From assembly GCA_003139855.1 (NCBI GenBank), contig PLGY01000025.1:9289-73288 (forward strand): a DNA stretch of 64,000 nucleotides, read 5' to 3'. Below, in pieces: positions 63,723 to 64,000 of this stretch (its first letter is position 1; each line of letters opens with the position of its first letter). The position numbers and the translations under genes are program-made. The DNA is from Methanobacteriota archaeon. GTDB lineage: Archaea > Halobacteriota > Bog-38 > Methanoflorentales > Methanoflorentaceae. Under the pieces are notes generated by a model, which was not told where the DNA came from, made no database searches, and was given only the letters and a program-made list of their open reading frames with translations.

Positions 63723-64000
63723 TCACTCACTCGCCGGACTCGCGTTGCGCGGATGCCTCTTTCTATATTCGACTAACCCACCATCTTGGAGGATCTCCTG
63801 CAGGAATTTTGGAAGCTCCTCACCTTGTACGACCCTGCTGCGGGTTCTCACAAGCCCTGAAGATAAGTCGACCTCAATCTCATCACCCGCTGTAACAGAA
63901 TCAAGGGCGTCTGCTTCGATAATTGGCAAGCCCACATTGATTGCATTTCTGAAAAAGATCCGAGCGAAAGATTTCGCAACGACACATCCGATCTTGGTGT
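63723..64000 (-). CDS. leuD: 3-isopropylmalate / homoaconitate dehydratase small subunit (5' end beyond window)
   Basis: The frame is open to the window edge. It reads ...[22 protein letters not shown]...GDEIEVDL..., which is typical of LeuD/HacB. Confidence 0.8.
   Translation of the reverse strand, partial: TKIGCVVAKSFARIFFRNAINVGLPIIEADALDSVTAGDEIEVDLSSGLVRTRSRVVQGEELPKFLQEILQDGGLVEYRKRHPRNASPASE

Noticed and set aside
1-64000. I searched by eye for CRISPR arrays, IS elements or transposases, integrases, toxin-antitoxin pairs and classical defence genes.
   Set aside because: No repeat-spacer periodicity was seen, and all tandem repeats found have 3 copies or fewer. No transposase, integrase or nuclease-ATPase defence-type ORFs were recognised. 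The window is core genome plus a glycan island.

Overview
The window is a densely coding archaeal chromosome segment that looks euryarchaeal, with Shine-Dalgarno-like GGAGGT motifs, TATA-type promoters and intron-containing tRNAs. No rRNA genes, CRISPR arrays, transposases or recognisable defence genes were seen.

Gene content, left to right:
- **1-9.5 kb, housekeeping:** the 3' end of dnaG, a GNAT acetyltransferase, a GTPBP1-like GTPase, mch (H4MPT C1 metabolism), a short archaeal MetE, an AI-2E permease, a dimeric-dUTPase-like gene convergent with an EndoQ-type PHP/Zn-ribbon endonuclease, and the diadenylate cyclase DacZ.
- **10.4-28.2 kb, sugar-nucleotide and surface-glycan island:** glmM, two GlmU-like paralogs, wecB, an AglH/MraY-family transferase, a large polytopic GT-C-like protein, a decayed flippase-like pseudogene, a group-1 glycosyltransferase, two hexapeptide acetyltransferases, a radical SAM enzyme, an NAD-epimerase, and a PIG-L deacetylase coupled to a BshC-like protein.
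- **28.5-32 kb:** grpE-dnaK-dnaJ.
- **32-40 kb:** nadE, trm5, a diphthamide-related cluster (dphB, DUF357, UPF0212, dph6-like), a DUF2070 protein and gltX.
- **39.7-45.7 kb, isoprenoid block:** idsA, RNase J, idi2, ipk, mvk and a Memo-like gene.
- **45.7-52 kb, conserved ribosomal/RNA polymerase operon:** rps13-rps4-rps11-rpoD-tRNA-rpl18e-rpl13-rps9-rpoN-tRNA-rpoK-eno-rps2, flanked by tRNA-Ser and an SRP (7S) RNA.
- **52-64 kb:** rtcB and archease, a riboflavin reductase, a UPF0104/GT2/GT-B lipid-glycosylation-like operon, a frameshifted thioredoxin-like gene, purS/purQ, rfbB, two more intron-containing tRNAs, and a leuD-leuB operon with an unknown Cys-rich gene.

Findings most worth following up:
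- The LmbE-type deacetylase plus BshC-like ligase module sits inside a cluster holding every reaction type of GlcN-based low-molecular-weight thiol pathways.
- The enolase at the conserved rpoK-eno-rps2 position has lost most of the canonical catalytic motifs.
- The SRP RNA is almost contiguous with tRNA-Ser.
- Two envelope-related genes are pseudogenes, and one of them carries a pair of compensating frameshifts.

All functional calls come from motif recognition by eye and from gene order. No database search was run.
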